Source: Phycisphaeraceae bacterium
Lineage (GTDB): Bacteria; Planctomycetota; Phycisphaerae; Phycisphaerales; Phycisphaeraceae
Assembly: GCA_028277745.1 (NCBI GenBank)
Contig: JANQFR010000068.1
Location: 110,676-174,675 of the forward strand
Length of the DNA: 64,000 nt
Direction of reading: 5' to 3'
Made by a program: the position numbers and the translations under genes. Numbering within the stretch: position 1 is the first letter of the stretch; each line of letters starts with the position of its first letter. Positions 9,103 to 18,129 of the stretch are shown here, piece by piece. Under the pieces are notes generated by a model. That model had not been told where the DNA came from, did not search any database, and was given only the letters and a program-made list of their open reading frames with translations.

Positions 9103-10580
9103 ACACGCTGCTGATCCTGATGGACTCGTTGAACCGCCACTACCTGCCGGCCTACGGCGGGTCGGTGTGCCGCACGCCCAACATGGACCGGCTCGCCGCA
9201 CGCGGCGTGGTGTTCGACAACCACTGGGCCGGATCGCTGCCGTGCATGCCGGCGCGGCGGGACCTGATGACCGGTCGGCTGAGCTTCCTGGAAACCCCCT
9301 GGTCGCCCATCCAGCCGTGGGACCGGACACTCCCGGCTGAGCTGCGCAAGCAACGCCGCGTCGTCAGCCATCTCATCACCGACCACCACCACTACTTCCA
9401 CTCGGGCGGCGAGGCGTATCACACGCAGTTCGATGCGTGGGAGTTCGAGCGCGGGCAGGAGTGGGACCCGTGGCGGCCGCCTCTGGATAACGGCGCCGAC
9501 AAGCCGGCGCACCTCGGGCAGAACGACCGCTGGCCGACCTATTGGTCCAACCGCCGGGCGATGGACGTCCAGAACGACCTCGACCACCCGACGCCGCGCT
9601 GTTTTCAGCGGGCCATCGAATTCCTCGACCGACTCCCCCGCGCAGCGCCCGACTGGTTCCTGCAACTCGAGGTGTTTGACCCTCACGAGCCGTTCGCCTG
9701 CCCGGACGCGTACCTGCGTGAGTTGGGCGACGATTATGCCGGCCCGTTATGCGACTGGCCGAAATACGGACGCGTCACCGAGCCGCCGGAGATCGTGGAG
9801 CACGTGCGCCGGCGTTACGCGGCGTGCGTGCTCATGGCCGATCGCTGGCTGGGGCGGCTGCTCGATCGGCTCGACGACCTGGGCCTCTGGGAGGACACCC
9901 GCGTCATCCTCACCACGGACCACGGGCACCTGCTGGGCGAGGGCGGATGGTGGGGCAAGAACACGATGCGCGACCGGGCCGAGCTGCTGAACATCCCCCT
10001 GGTGGTCGCCGGCGGGGGCGCGCCCCGGGGCGAGCGCCGCGCCGGGCTGACCACCACCATCGACCTGATGCCGACGATCTGCCGCAACCACGGCGCCGAG
10101 CCGCCCGACATCGTCCGCGGCCGCGCCTTGCAGCCCCTGATCGAGAACGATGGGCCGCATCATGACGCGGTCCTCAGCGGTTACTTCGATAAAGACGTGA
10201 ACCTCACCGACGGCCGGTTTCTGTACCACCGGCAGCCCGCCGACGGGGCCGCGGTTTACGAACACACGCTGATGCCTCGCCGGTACAGGGGGTTCGTCAA
10301 GCCGGAGCAACTCGCGTCGGCCGAGTTTGGCTGCTTCCTGCCGCACGCGGGCGACACGCCCCAGATGCGGATCATGCATCGTTCCCGAAGACATGAGCGC
10401 GAGCCCGATGCGCCCTACGCCTCGGACGATCACCCGGTGTTTGACTTGATCGATGATCCTGAGCAACGGCGCCCGGTGAACGACCCGGCGGTGGAAACCC
10501 GCTTGGCGACACAAATGGCGGAACTGCTGGAACGCTGTGGTGCCCCCCCCAGCCAGGCTGACCGGCTGGGTTTCGGTTGA
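9099..10580 (+). CDS. Formylglycine-dependent sulfatase (type I, Cys-type), no signal peptide
   Basis: Sulfatase signature C-x-P-x-R (SLPCMPARRDLMTGR) plus metal-binding N-terminus LLILMDSLN. TTG start at 9099 overlaps the GRE stop (alternative ATG at 9120). Confidence 0.85.
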   Translation: MNTLLILMDSLNRHYLPAYGGSVCRTPNMDRLAARGVVFDNHWAGSLPCMPARRDLMTGRLSFLETPWSPIQPWDRTLPAELRKQRRVVSHLITDHHHYFHSGGEAYHTQFDAWEFERGQEWDPWRPPLDNGADKPAHLGQNDRWPTYWSNRRAMDVQNDLDHPTPRCFQRAIEFLDRLPRAAPDWFLQLEVFDPHEPFACPDAYLRELGDDYAGPLCDWPKYGRVTEPPEIVEHVRRRYAACVLMADRWLGRLLDRLDDLGLWEDTRVILTTDHGHLLGEGGWWGKNTMRDRAELLNIPLVVAGGGAPRGERRAGLTTTIDLMPTICRNHGAEPPDIVRGRALQPLIENDGPHHDAVLSGYFDKDVNLTDGRFLYHRQPADGAAVYEHTLMPRRYRGFVKPEQLASAEFGCFLPHAGDTPQMRIMHRSRRHEREPDAPYASDDHPVFDLIDDPEQRRPVNDPAVETRLATQMAELLERCGAPPSQADRLGFG

Positions 10581-10667
10581 TGAGCGGATTAACCATCGAA
10601 GACAGGGGTATGAGGGAGCGACCGCATGGGAATCGTTGAAAGAAATGGTCCCATCGATTCTGTGATG

Positions 10668-10747
10668 AAGCCGGACCTGAGCGGAGCGAAGGTCCGGATC
10701 GAATGGGTGAAAATCATCCGGACCTTCGCTCCGCTCAGGTCCGGCTT
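10668..10747. repeat. Repeat family A: 80-bp palindromic element (two inverted 33-bp units AAGCCGGACCTGAGCGNAGCGAAGGTCCGGAT), copy 1
   Basis: Perfect inverted arms 10668-10700 and 10715-10747; each unit is itself a hairpin (CCGGACCT...AGGTCCGG). Other copies are at 12169-12202 and 29895-29975. Confidence 0.7.
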
Positions 10748-10759
10748 CTCACGCAAGAC

Positions 10760-12151
10760 ATGAAGGATACTGCTTTCATGAGAACTGGATCAATATCGTT
10801 TGGTTGTCTATGTTGGATCATCATGAGCCTGCTCCCTGCCGCATCGTCGCATAGCGCTGAGATTCAAAAAGCGTATCCGGGCCGGGAAGCCGACGCGGCC
10901 TGGCGCAGTCAGGCCCGGCAACGGATCGCACAGCACCGCCAAGGCGAAATGACCGTGCAGGTTTTCGACGCCAATGGACAGCCCGCGCCCAACGTCCCGG
11001 TCCGTGTCGAACAGACCCGCCACGCCTTCGGCTTCGGGACGGCGGTCGGCTGCTACGCTTTTCAGCGAGCCGATGAGAAGGGCGAGAGCTACCGCCGGCT
11101 CATCAAGGACGTTTTCCGGTTCAACGAGATCGTGTTCGAAAACGACATGAAGCCCACCATATGGCGAGCCTACGCGACCGGCGAAGACCCCAAACGCCGA
11201 TGGGAAAACGTTCAGGCGACGCTGGACCACTTCAATCAACAGCAGATCCCCGTGCGCGGCCACTTCCTGCTGCACGGCATGCTCCGCTACGGCAGCCCGA
11301 GATGGGGGGTGAACGACCTCGCGGATTTCGACCGCGACCCACGCGCCCTCGAGGAGCGGCTCGTCGCCGAAGCCGCCGAGCGGGCCGCGTTCATCGGCGA
11401 TCGGGTGGTGGAATGGGACGCGCTCAACCACGTGGTCGGCTGGGGCAGGGACATCAACTGGATCAATCGCACAGGCGACCCCGCCTACGGCGTGAACATG
11501 CTCAAGGCCATGCGCCGAGCCGTCCCCGAAACGGTTGCGCTTTACCTGAACGAAGGCCACATCCTCTCGAACCGTGGGCGTCGCGCAGATCGTTACTTCG
11601 AGGCGGCCAAGGCGTTGCTCGACGCCGGCGCCCCGCTCGACGGGGTGGGCTTCATGGGCCACTTCGCGGTGCACGAAGAGACCGGCGACGTCGGCCGTCT
11701 GACGCCGCCCGCGATGCAGTACGACATCATCGACCGCTTCGCCGCACTCGGCCTCAAGCTCAAGATCACCGAGCTGGACGTGGACGCCGGCGATGACGAC
11801 CAGCTCCAGGCCGACTTCCTCCGCGACACGATGATCGCGGCGTTCAGCCACCCGGCCATGGAGTCCATCGTGATGTGGGGCTTCTGGGAGGGCAAGCACT
11901 GGCGCAAGCGGGCCGCCCTCGCCCGTCGCGACGGCTCGATGAAGCCCGCCGGCGAGGCCTGGATCGACTTGGTTTACAACCAGTGGTGGACCGATCAGAC
12001 CGTCATGACGGACGACCATGGCATGGTTTTGTTGCCCGCGTTTTATGGGCGGTACAACGTGAGCGCGGTCGTCGACGGCCAGCCCGTCAAGGTGTCGATC
12101 ACCCATACCGCCCAGGAGCCGGCGTCGGCCCAACTCCGCCCGGGGTCGTGA
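10760..12151 (+). CDS. Secreted glycoside hydrolase family 10-like protein (endo-1,4-beta-xylanase fold)
   Basis: Signal peptide, then GH10 motifs FNEIVFENDMKPTIW, RGHFLLHG, LKLKITELDV (nucleophile) and VMWGFWE. The acid/base region reads WDALNH rather than WDVVNE. Start at 10760 or 10778. Confidence 0.75.
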   Translation: MKDTAFMRTGSISFGCLCWIIMSLLPAASSHSAEIQKAYPGREADAAWRSQARQRIAQHRQGEMTVQVFDANGQPAPNVPVRVEQTRHAFGFGTAVGCYAFQRADEKGESYRRLIKDVFRFNEIVFENDMKPTIWRAYATGEDPKRRWENVQATLDHFNQQQIPVRGHFLLHGMLRYGSPRWGVNDLADFDRDPRALEERLVAEAAERAAFIGDRVVEWDALNHVVGWGRDINWINRTGDPAYGVNMLKAMRRAVPETVALYLNEGHILSNRGRRADRYFEAAKALLDAGAPLDGVGFMGHFAVHEETGDVGRLTPPAMQYDIIDRFAALGLKLKITELDVDAGDDDQLQADFLRDTMIAAFSHPAMESIVMWGFWEGKHWRKRAALARRDGSMKPAGEAWIDLVYNQWWTDQTVMTDDHGMVLLPAFYGRYNVSAVVDGQPVKVSITHTAQEPASAQLRPGS

Positions 12152-12168
12152 ACGTTTGGCCCTGGGAT

Positions 12169-12240
12169 CAAGCCGGACCTGAGCGAAGCGAAGGTCCGGA
12201 TAGATTTCACCGACCGGGGCCCGCGTCCGCATGCGGGGCT
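12169..12240. repeat. Half-copy of repeat A plus palindrome D (CCGCATGCGGGGCTTA) between convergent genes
   Basis: caagccggacctgagcgaagcgaaggtccggata (12169-12202), then gtccgcatgcggggctta (12225-12242), which is shared with 51203-51226. Confidence 0.5.
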
Positions 12241-12250
12241 TAGCAGCGGT

Positions 12251-15217
12251 TCAATCCGTTCCGCCCGGTTTGGGCTTGACCACCTCGACCCAGTGCTTCG
12301 CCTTGACGTTCAGGAAATCGTGCAACTGATGGCGGCAGGAGATGCCGCAGGCGATGACGGTCGCGTCGCGCTCGGCCGCTTGGCGCACGGCGGGGAAGAG
12401 GCGGTCTTCGCCGACTTTGCGCGAGACGTCGTAATGTTCGTAGCCGAACGACCCGGCCATGCCGCAGCAGCCGGCGCCGGCTTCTTCGCAATGGGTGTTT
12501 TCCATTTTGGCGAAGGCGTTTTCCATGGATCGCGTGCCGAAGAGGGCTTTCTGGTGGCAGTGGCCGTGCAGGAGGATGTCGGCGTGGTCGGAGGTGAGTT
12601 CGACGCCTTGTTCTTCAAGGAAAACGTCGATCATACGCACCTGGTCGGCCACGCGCTGGCCCATCTTGGCGTCATCCATCAGATCGGGCAGGTCGTCAAT
12701 TAAGGCGGAGGCGCAACTGGGTTCGAGGCAGACAATCGGCAGGTCCTGCTTGGCGTAAACATCGAGGTTCTGCATGGTCTTCGTGCCGTCGCGCTTGGCG
12801 TCCTTGACCAGGCCCTTGGACATGCGGGGGCGTTGGCAGCAGCCGGCGTCGGCGAGGAGGACCTCGTAGCCGCAGCCCTCGAGCAGGTCGACTGCGGCGA
12901 CGCCGACGTGCGGCTCCATGTAGCTGGCGTAGGTGTCGTTGAAGAGCACGACCCTGCCCCGCGGGGCGTCCTGGGGCTTGGTCCTGCCGCGCAGCCGGGC
13001 CTTGAGCGGCCGGGTGGCGAAGGCGGGGATCGGCCGGCGGCGGTCGATGCCGGCGATCTTTTCCATAAAGAAGCCGTACCCCGGCAGCCGGGCCATCGCG
13101 TTGGTCAGATGTGCTAGCGGTCCCGCCAGTCGCCTGGCCTGGATGGGCATCTCGCCCATGAGCTTGTAGCCGAGGGGCACACCGTGCTGGTCGTGGCGCA
13201 TCTGGAGGGTGTCGGACTTGAGCTTGGCCATGTCGACGGCGTTGGGGCACTCGCTCTTGCACGCCTTGCAGGCGAGGCAGAGGGCCATGACGCCGTCCTG
13301 GAGCTCCTGGGAGGCGAGGGCGTCGTCGCCGAGCTGGCCGGACATGGCGAGGCGCAGGGCGTTGGCGCGGCCGCGGGTGGTGGCGGACTCGTCGCGGGTG
13401 GCCATGTAGGACGGGCACATCGTGCCGTCGCCGAGTTTGCGGCAGGCGCCCACACCGTTGCACTGCTCGACCGCCAGCGCGAAACCGCCCTGGTCGCGGT
13501 ATTGATAGTTCGAGGCGACCTCGGCGATCCGCTGGGAATAGCCTTCCTGCTGATAACGGAGATTAGCGGTCATCGCGGGAGCGTCGACGACCTTGCCGGG
13601 GTTCATGAGGTTGTCGGGGTCGAAGATGGCCTTGACCTCACGGAAGGCGTGGTAGAGCGTGTCGCCGAACATGCGGGGGAGGAACTGGCCGCGGAGCTGG
13701 CCGTCGCCGTGCTCGCCGGACCACGAGCCGCCGTATTCCATGACCCAGGTGAACGCCTGTTCGGCGATGGCGGCCATTTTCTCGACGTCCTCGGGCTCGT
13801 GCAGGTCGAGGGAGGGGGCGATATGGATGACGCCGACGGAAGCATGGGCGTACTTGGAGACGCGGATGACGCCCATCGAGGCGCAGAGGTCCATGATCTT
13901 GCCGACGTACTCGGCGAGCTTGTCGGTGGGGACGCAGGCGTCTTCGATGAAGTCGCGTCCCTTGACCTTGCCTTTGACGTTGGTGATCAGGCCGAGGCCG
14001 AGCTTGCGGGTGTTCCAGATGTCGGCCTGGTTCTTCGCGTCGCCGAACACGGGCCAGGCGTAGCCGATCTTTCGGTCCTTCATGTCCCGGGCGAAGGCTT
14101 CGGCCCGGTGTTGGGCTTGGTCGGGGGCGTCGCCCATGAACTCGACGATCTGCACGGCCTTGGGCCAGCCGGCGATGAAGTGGGCCATGTGTTTGGTGGC
14201 GGCGTTGACGCGGGCCTCGTCCATGACGACGTCGTCGAGCAGCTCGACGGTGGACGGGCCGTGGTCGAGCATGGCGTCGACCGCGCTCAGCGCGTCGAGC
14301 AGTTGGTTGAAGTGGACGACGCAGACGGCGGTGGCCTTGGGCAGGGGGACGAGCCGGACCTTGGCTTCGAGGAGGACGCCGAGGGTGCCTTCTGAGCCGA
14401 CGATGAGGTTGGCGAGGTTCCAGGCGCGACGGCCCTGATTGTGTTCGCGTCGGGGGCCGATGGGCCCGGTGTAGCCGGCGCCGTCGACGAACTCGTCGAG
14501 GTTGTAGCCCGAGACGCGGCGCATCACCTTCGGGTAGCGGTCGCGGATCTCGTCCTGATGGCGGAGGATGATGTCTTTGACGCCGCGGTAGATGCGGGCC
14601 TCGGCGGACTCGCCCTGGGCCTTGTGTTGCCACTGCTCGTCGTCGACGGGGCCGCACTCGAGGACCGTGCCGTCGGCGAGGGCGACGCGGCAGGAGATGA
14701 CCTGATCGATGGTTTTGCCGTAGACGATGGAGCGGGTGCCGGAGGTGTTGTTGCCGAGCATGCCGCCGACGGTGGCGCGGTTGCCGGTGGCGGGGTCGGG
14801 GGTGAAGTGCAGGCCCAGGGGCTTGAGCTGCTGATTGATGCGGTCGCGCACGGCGCCGGGCTGGACGCGCATCCATTGCTCGTCTTCGTTGATCTCGACG
14901 ATCTGGTCCATGTACTTGGAGCAGTCGAGGATGAGGCCCGTGCCGAAGGTCTGTCCGGAGAGGGAGGTGGCGCCGCCCCGGGCGGTGATGGGCAGGCGGT
15001 GTTGGTGGGCGACGCGGATGGCGGCGACGCAGTCGGCCTCATCGCGGGGGACGACGACGCAGGTGGGCATGACCTGGTAATGCGAGGCGTCGGTGGCGTG
15101 GATGCCGCGGGAGATCGGGTCGAAGCTGACCTCGCCGCGGACGGCGGCGCGGAGTTGCGATTCAAGGTCGGGGGAGGGCGTCATGCGGGGCGGGGCGTCC
15201 GTAGCAGGCGTGGTCAT
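12251..15217 (-). CDS. FAD-binding oxidase fused to 4Fe-4S and CCG domains (YdiJ/GlcD-GlcF-like 2-hydroxyacid dehydrogenase)
   Basis: PCMH-type FAD domain (ARGGATSLSGQ), two ferredoxin motifs (CNGVGACRK...CPSY; CLACKACKSECP) and two C-terminal CCG cysteine-rich motifs (CCQRP, CCGMAGSFGYE); 988 aa. Confidence 0.8.
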   Translation of the reverse strand: MTTPATDAPPRMTPSPDLESQLRAAVRGEVSFDPISRGIHATDASHYQVMPTCVVVPRDEADCVAAIRVAHQHRLPITARGGATSLSGQTFGTGLILDCSKYMDQIVEINEDEQWMRVQPGAVRDRINQQLKPLGLHFTPDPATGNRATVGGMLGNNTSGTRSIVYGKTIDQVISCRVALADGTVLECGPVDDEQWQHKAQGESAEARIYRGVKDIILRHQDEIRDRYPKVMRRVSGYNLDEFVDGAGYTGPIGPRREHNQGRRAWNLANLIVGSEGTLGVLLEAKVRLVPLPKATAVCVVHFNQLLDALSAVDAMLDHGPSTVELLDDVVMDEARVNAATKHMAHFIAGWPKAVQIVEFMGDAPDQAQHRAEAFARDMKDRKIGYAWPVFGDAKNQADIWNTRKLGLGLITNVKGKVKGRDFIEDACVPTDKLAEYVGKIMDLCASMGVIRVSKYAHASVGVIHIAPSLDLHEPEDVEKMAAIAEQAFTWVMEYGGSWSGEHGDGQLRGQFLPRMFGDTLYHAFREVKAIFDPDNLMNPGKVVDAPAMTANLRYQQEGYSQRIAEVASNYQYRDQGGFALAVEQCNGVGACRKLGDGTMCPSYMATRDESATTRGRANALRLAMSGQLGDDALASQELQDGVMALCLACKACKSECPNAVDMAKLKSDTLQMRHDQHGVPLGYKLMGEMPIQARRLAGPLAHLTNAMARLPGYGFFMEKIAGIDRRRPIPAFATRPLKARLRGRTKPQDAPRGRVVLFNDTYASYMEPHVGVAAVDLLEGCGYEVLLADAGCCQRPRMSKGLVKDAKRDGTKTMQNLDVYAKQDLPIVCLEPSCASALIDDLPDLMDDAKMGQRVADQVRMIDVFLEEQGVELTSDHADILLHGHCHQKALFGTRSMENAFAKMENTHCEEAGAGCCGMAGSFGYEHYDVSRKVGEDRLFPAVRQAAERDATVIACGISCRHQLHDFLNVKAKHWVEVVKPKPGGTD

Positions 15218-15257
15218 AGCCCGGGCATGATAATCGCACCGCCCGTCGCGGACAGGC

Positions 15258-15641
15258 TCAGCGCTGGATGCTCTCGCGGGCGGAGGTGGTGTAGGTGTTC
15301 TGACGGAAGTTATCGAACACCCGGCCGGAGGTCTGGGTCTGGAAGTCGTAGGTGCGGACGAAGGTGGATTCGACGCGCGGGCTTTCGTAGCCGACGGTGA
15401 CGCTGGGCAGGTTGTCGTTGCGGCTGGCGTACCAGGGGGCGGTGTAGATCGGGTTGACGGCGAGGGCGTCGCGCTGGGCGGCGGAATCGAACGCCATGGA
15501 GCGGAAGCCGTGGGGGCCGTCGACCGGCCCGGCGTCGACCGCGGGCGCGGGCGGGGCGGAGCAGGCTTGCATCATGAGCACGAGGCATATGCCCAAGGCG
15601 ATGATCACACTGAGGGGAACCGATCGCATCATGTCGATCAT
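15258..15641 (-). CDS. Hypothetical small lipoprotein
   Basis: Start MIDMMRSVPLSVIIALGICLVLMMQAC (lipobox-like); the upstream part of the long ORF is low-complexity and probably non-coding. Confidence 0.4.
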   Translation of the reverse strand: MIDMMRSVPLSVIIALGICLVLMMQACSAPPAPAVDAGPVDGPHGFRSMAFDSAAQRDALAVNPIYTAPWYASRNDNLPSVTVGYESPRVESTFVRTYDFQTQTSGRVFDNFRQNTYTTSARESIQR

Positions 15642-15867
15642 AGTCGCCAACCCCGTGCCAGAGTTCGCCGAAATCCGGCGTGATGTGTCATAAAGTGATT
15701 TACAGAAGGGCCTTGAGGTTTTTGTGGATGGCCGTCGGGCGCTAGGCGGGCCCGTCGCATGAGGCGGGATGTGGCGTGGGCTCAACACCGCCGTTGACTT
15801 GGCGAGAGCCGGTCGGATAATCCGTGTCTGAAGCGGCGTCCGGGAGCGATCCACTGGGCCTGGCGCC

Positions 15868-16233
15868 GTGAACCGGCGGCTTAACGCTTTGGTGAGACGA
15901 GAGATGCAGCGTCGACCCGCACCCGCTTCGTTCAGACGCAAGACCCTCCTGGCGTTCGAGTTGAGCGGCCTGGCGTTGATGGCGGTGTGCGTTGTGTTCT
16001 TCTTTTCCCCGCCCCCCTGGCCGATCTGGGGCTATGGCCTGGTCCTCGGCGGCTGTTTCGTTGTCTTCCTGCTGGCCTTTCGGTGGTCGGCCCCGCCGTT
16101 CAAGTGCCCCGGGTGCGGCCGTGTTCTCCGACGCGCCAACCGGAAAGGTTTCGACGAGGGCGAGCCGATCCGTTTCGTCTGCAAGGGATGCGATATCGAA
16201 TGGGACACCGGCTTTCACGTTCCCGACGGATGA
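15868..16233 (+). CDS. Hypothetical membrane protein with C-terminal C4 zinc ribbon
   Basis: Two TM helices, then CPGCGRV...CKGCD. Confidence 0.45.
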   Translation: MNRRLNALVRREMQRRPAPASFRRKTLLAFELSGLALMAVCVVFFFSPPPWPIWGYGLVLGGCFVVFLLAFRWSAPPFKCPGCGRVLRRANRKGFDEGEPIRFVCKGCDIEWDTGFHVPDG

Positions 16234-16281
16234 TGGGCAGGGTCGGGGGTCCCTGCGGCTATATTTCATTCAGGGCGTACA

Positions 16282-17097
16282 TCACAACGGGTCGCGGCCG
16301 CCGATGCCCTCGTTGGGGGAGCGTGACTCGCCGGGCGCGGGCGCTTCGGCCTCTTCGGCGGCGGCCTCCTCTGACTCCATCAACTCCTGCCGGTCGCGCG
16401 TCGTGACCTGCGTCGACTCCAGCAGCCGGTCGATCCGCCGACGGACGAGGAAGATCAGCGGCACGTGCGGGATCCGGCGAAGCTCGCTGCGCCCGGTCGC
16501 GGAGTACACGATAAGCGTGCCCGAGCCCGCCAGCAGCAGCTCCAGCAGGTCGGGGTAGGTGCTGCGCACGCGTTTGGCGCCGCGCGCCAGCGAGTCGTCG
16601 GCCCGGCCCCACGAAAAATGCTCGAACTCGTTGTGCGTGATCCGCCACTTGTGCTGCACCCGCGCCCACAACCACATCACCGCGTACGGCGGGAGCAGCA
16701 GCAGGCTCAGCGCCAGGCCGAATGAGCGGTCGTAAGCCACGTCCAACGATGCGAACCCGCGGTAGATGTCGCCGAAGAGCGTGAAGCCCTGCACGTCCGC
16801 CAGCCATCGGCCGATGAAGAACACCGCGACGAAGAAGACCAGCCAGAAGATCGCGTGGTCGCGCTCCAGGTCGATGCCGATGGTCAGCAGCACGACGCCC
16901 ACCACCGCGAGGTAGATCCAGCCCTCCGTCTCGGGGCTCAGCCAGTTCCACGCGTCCACGGGCCAGAGCAGCAGCCCGGCGGCAATGATGGGCCAGATGA
17001 ACAGCAGCTTCGGGTAGGTGCGGAACACCACCTGGCTGGCCTTACGCTGTTTGCGCTGGCGTTTGCGTTCCTCGCGTTTCTGGGACATGCCGTCCAT
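16282..17097 (-). CDS. Hypothetical integral membrane protein
   Basis: Basic N-terminus (KREERKRQRKQRK), three or four hydrophobic helices, acidic C-terminal tail; coding-like composition. Confidence 0.45.
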   Translation of the reverse strand: MDGMSQKREERKRQRKQRKASQVVFRTYPKLLFIWPIIAAGLLLWPVDAWNWLSPETEGWIYLAVVGVVLLTIGIDLERDHAIFWLVFFVAVFFIGRWLADVQGFTLFGDIYRGFASLDVAYDRSFGLALSLLLLPPYAVMWLWARVQHKWRITHNEFEHFSWGRADDSLARGAKRVRSTYPDLLELLLAGSGTLIVYSATGRSELRRIPHVPLIFLVRRRIDRLLESTQVTTRDRQELMESEEAAAEEAEAPAPGESRSPNEGIGGRDPL

Positions 17098-17182
17098 GGT
17101 ACCGCCCCGGCCGTCTCAGGTCTGCGGGGGGCCGCCCCCGGTTTCGCAGGCCTGCCGCGGCGTGCGCGATAGACTGACCGTC

Positions 17183-18049
17183 ATGGCTGCGCAACACACC
17201 AAGCCCCTCCCGCCGGAATGGGGCGACTCGGGGATCGCACCGACGTCCGCACCGTGGCGCCATCGGCTGCACGAGATCCTCTTCGAGGCCGACACGACCG
17301 CCGGCAAAGTGTTCGACTTCGTCCTGCTCGCGGCGATCCTGCTGAGCACCCTCGCCGTGATGCTCGAGACGGTCGAACACCTCGACCGCGATTATCACGC
17401 GCTGTTCCGCTCGGCCGAGTGGGTGTTCACCATCCTGTTCACGGTTGAATACCTGTTGCGGCTGATCTGCGTGCGCAAGCCGTTGCGGTACGCCCGCAGC
17501 TTCTTCGGCATCGTCGACCTGGTCGCGGTGCTGCCGACGTACATCAGCCTGCTCGTGCCCGGGGCCCAGTCGGTGCTGATCGTGCGCACGCTGCGGCTGC
17601 TGCGGATCTTCCGCATCCTCAAACTCGCGCGCATGATCGACGAGGCCGCCGAACTCCGCCGGGCGCTGTGGCGGGCCCGCGGCAAGATCATCGTCTTCGC
17701 CTTCACGGTGGTCACCGTCGTCTCCATCATGGGCGCCGCGATGTATCTCGTCGAGCATTCCTACAACGACGGCTTCCGCAACATCCCCCAGAGCATGTAC
17801 TGGGCCATCATCACCATGACCACCGTCGGTTACGGCGACGTCATCCCCGTCACCACCCTCGGCAAGCTCCTCACCTCGGTGATCATCCTGATCGGCTACG
17901 CGATGATCGTGGTGCCCACCGGCTTCGTATCCGCTGAGTTCGTTCACGCCAAGCAGCACCCGGTCACGACCCAGGCGTGCCCCGAATGCATGAAGTACGG
18001 CCACGACGCCGACGCGACCCACTGCAAGTGGTGCGGCGCGGTCCTGTAG
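17183..18049 (+). CDS. Voltage-gated potassium channel (6TM Kv-type) with C-terminal zinc ribbon
   Basis: S4 voltage sensor LIVRTLRLLRIFRILKLARM, selectivity filter TMTTVGYGD, C-terminal CPECMKYGHDADATHCKWCG. Confidence 0.85.
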   Translation: MAAQHTKPLPPEWGDSGIAPTSAPWRHRLHEILFEADTTAGKVFDFVLLAAILLSTLAVMLETVEHLDRDYHALFRSAEWVFTILFTVEYLLRLICVRKPLRYARSFFGIVDLVAVLPTYISLLVPGAQSVLIVRTLRLLRIFRILKLARMIDEAAELRRALWRARGKIIVFAFTVVTVVSIMGAAMYLVEHSYNDGFRNIPQSMYWAIITMTTVGYGDVIPVTTLGKLLTSVIILIGYAMIVVPTGFVSAEFVHAKQHPVTTQACPECMKYGHDADATHCKWCGAVL

Positions 18050-18129
18050 CGTTGAGCCCCCGGCCCCGCCCGCTCCGCGTTTTTTCGTTGACGGCGGGCG
18101 GGCGTTGGCCGATGATTGGAGTGAGGCGT

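Noticed and set aside
6934-9330. 798-aa minus-strand ORF
   Set aside because: Antisense to the glycyl radical enzyme gene; Arg/Pro/Gly-rich with no recognisable motifs.
13184-14876. 403-aa + and 412-aa - ORFs inside the YdiJ-like gene
   Set aside because: Alternative-frame shadows. The minus-frame ORF 12251-15217 carries coherent FAD, Fe-S and CCG motifs.
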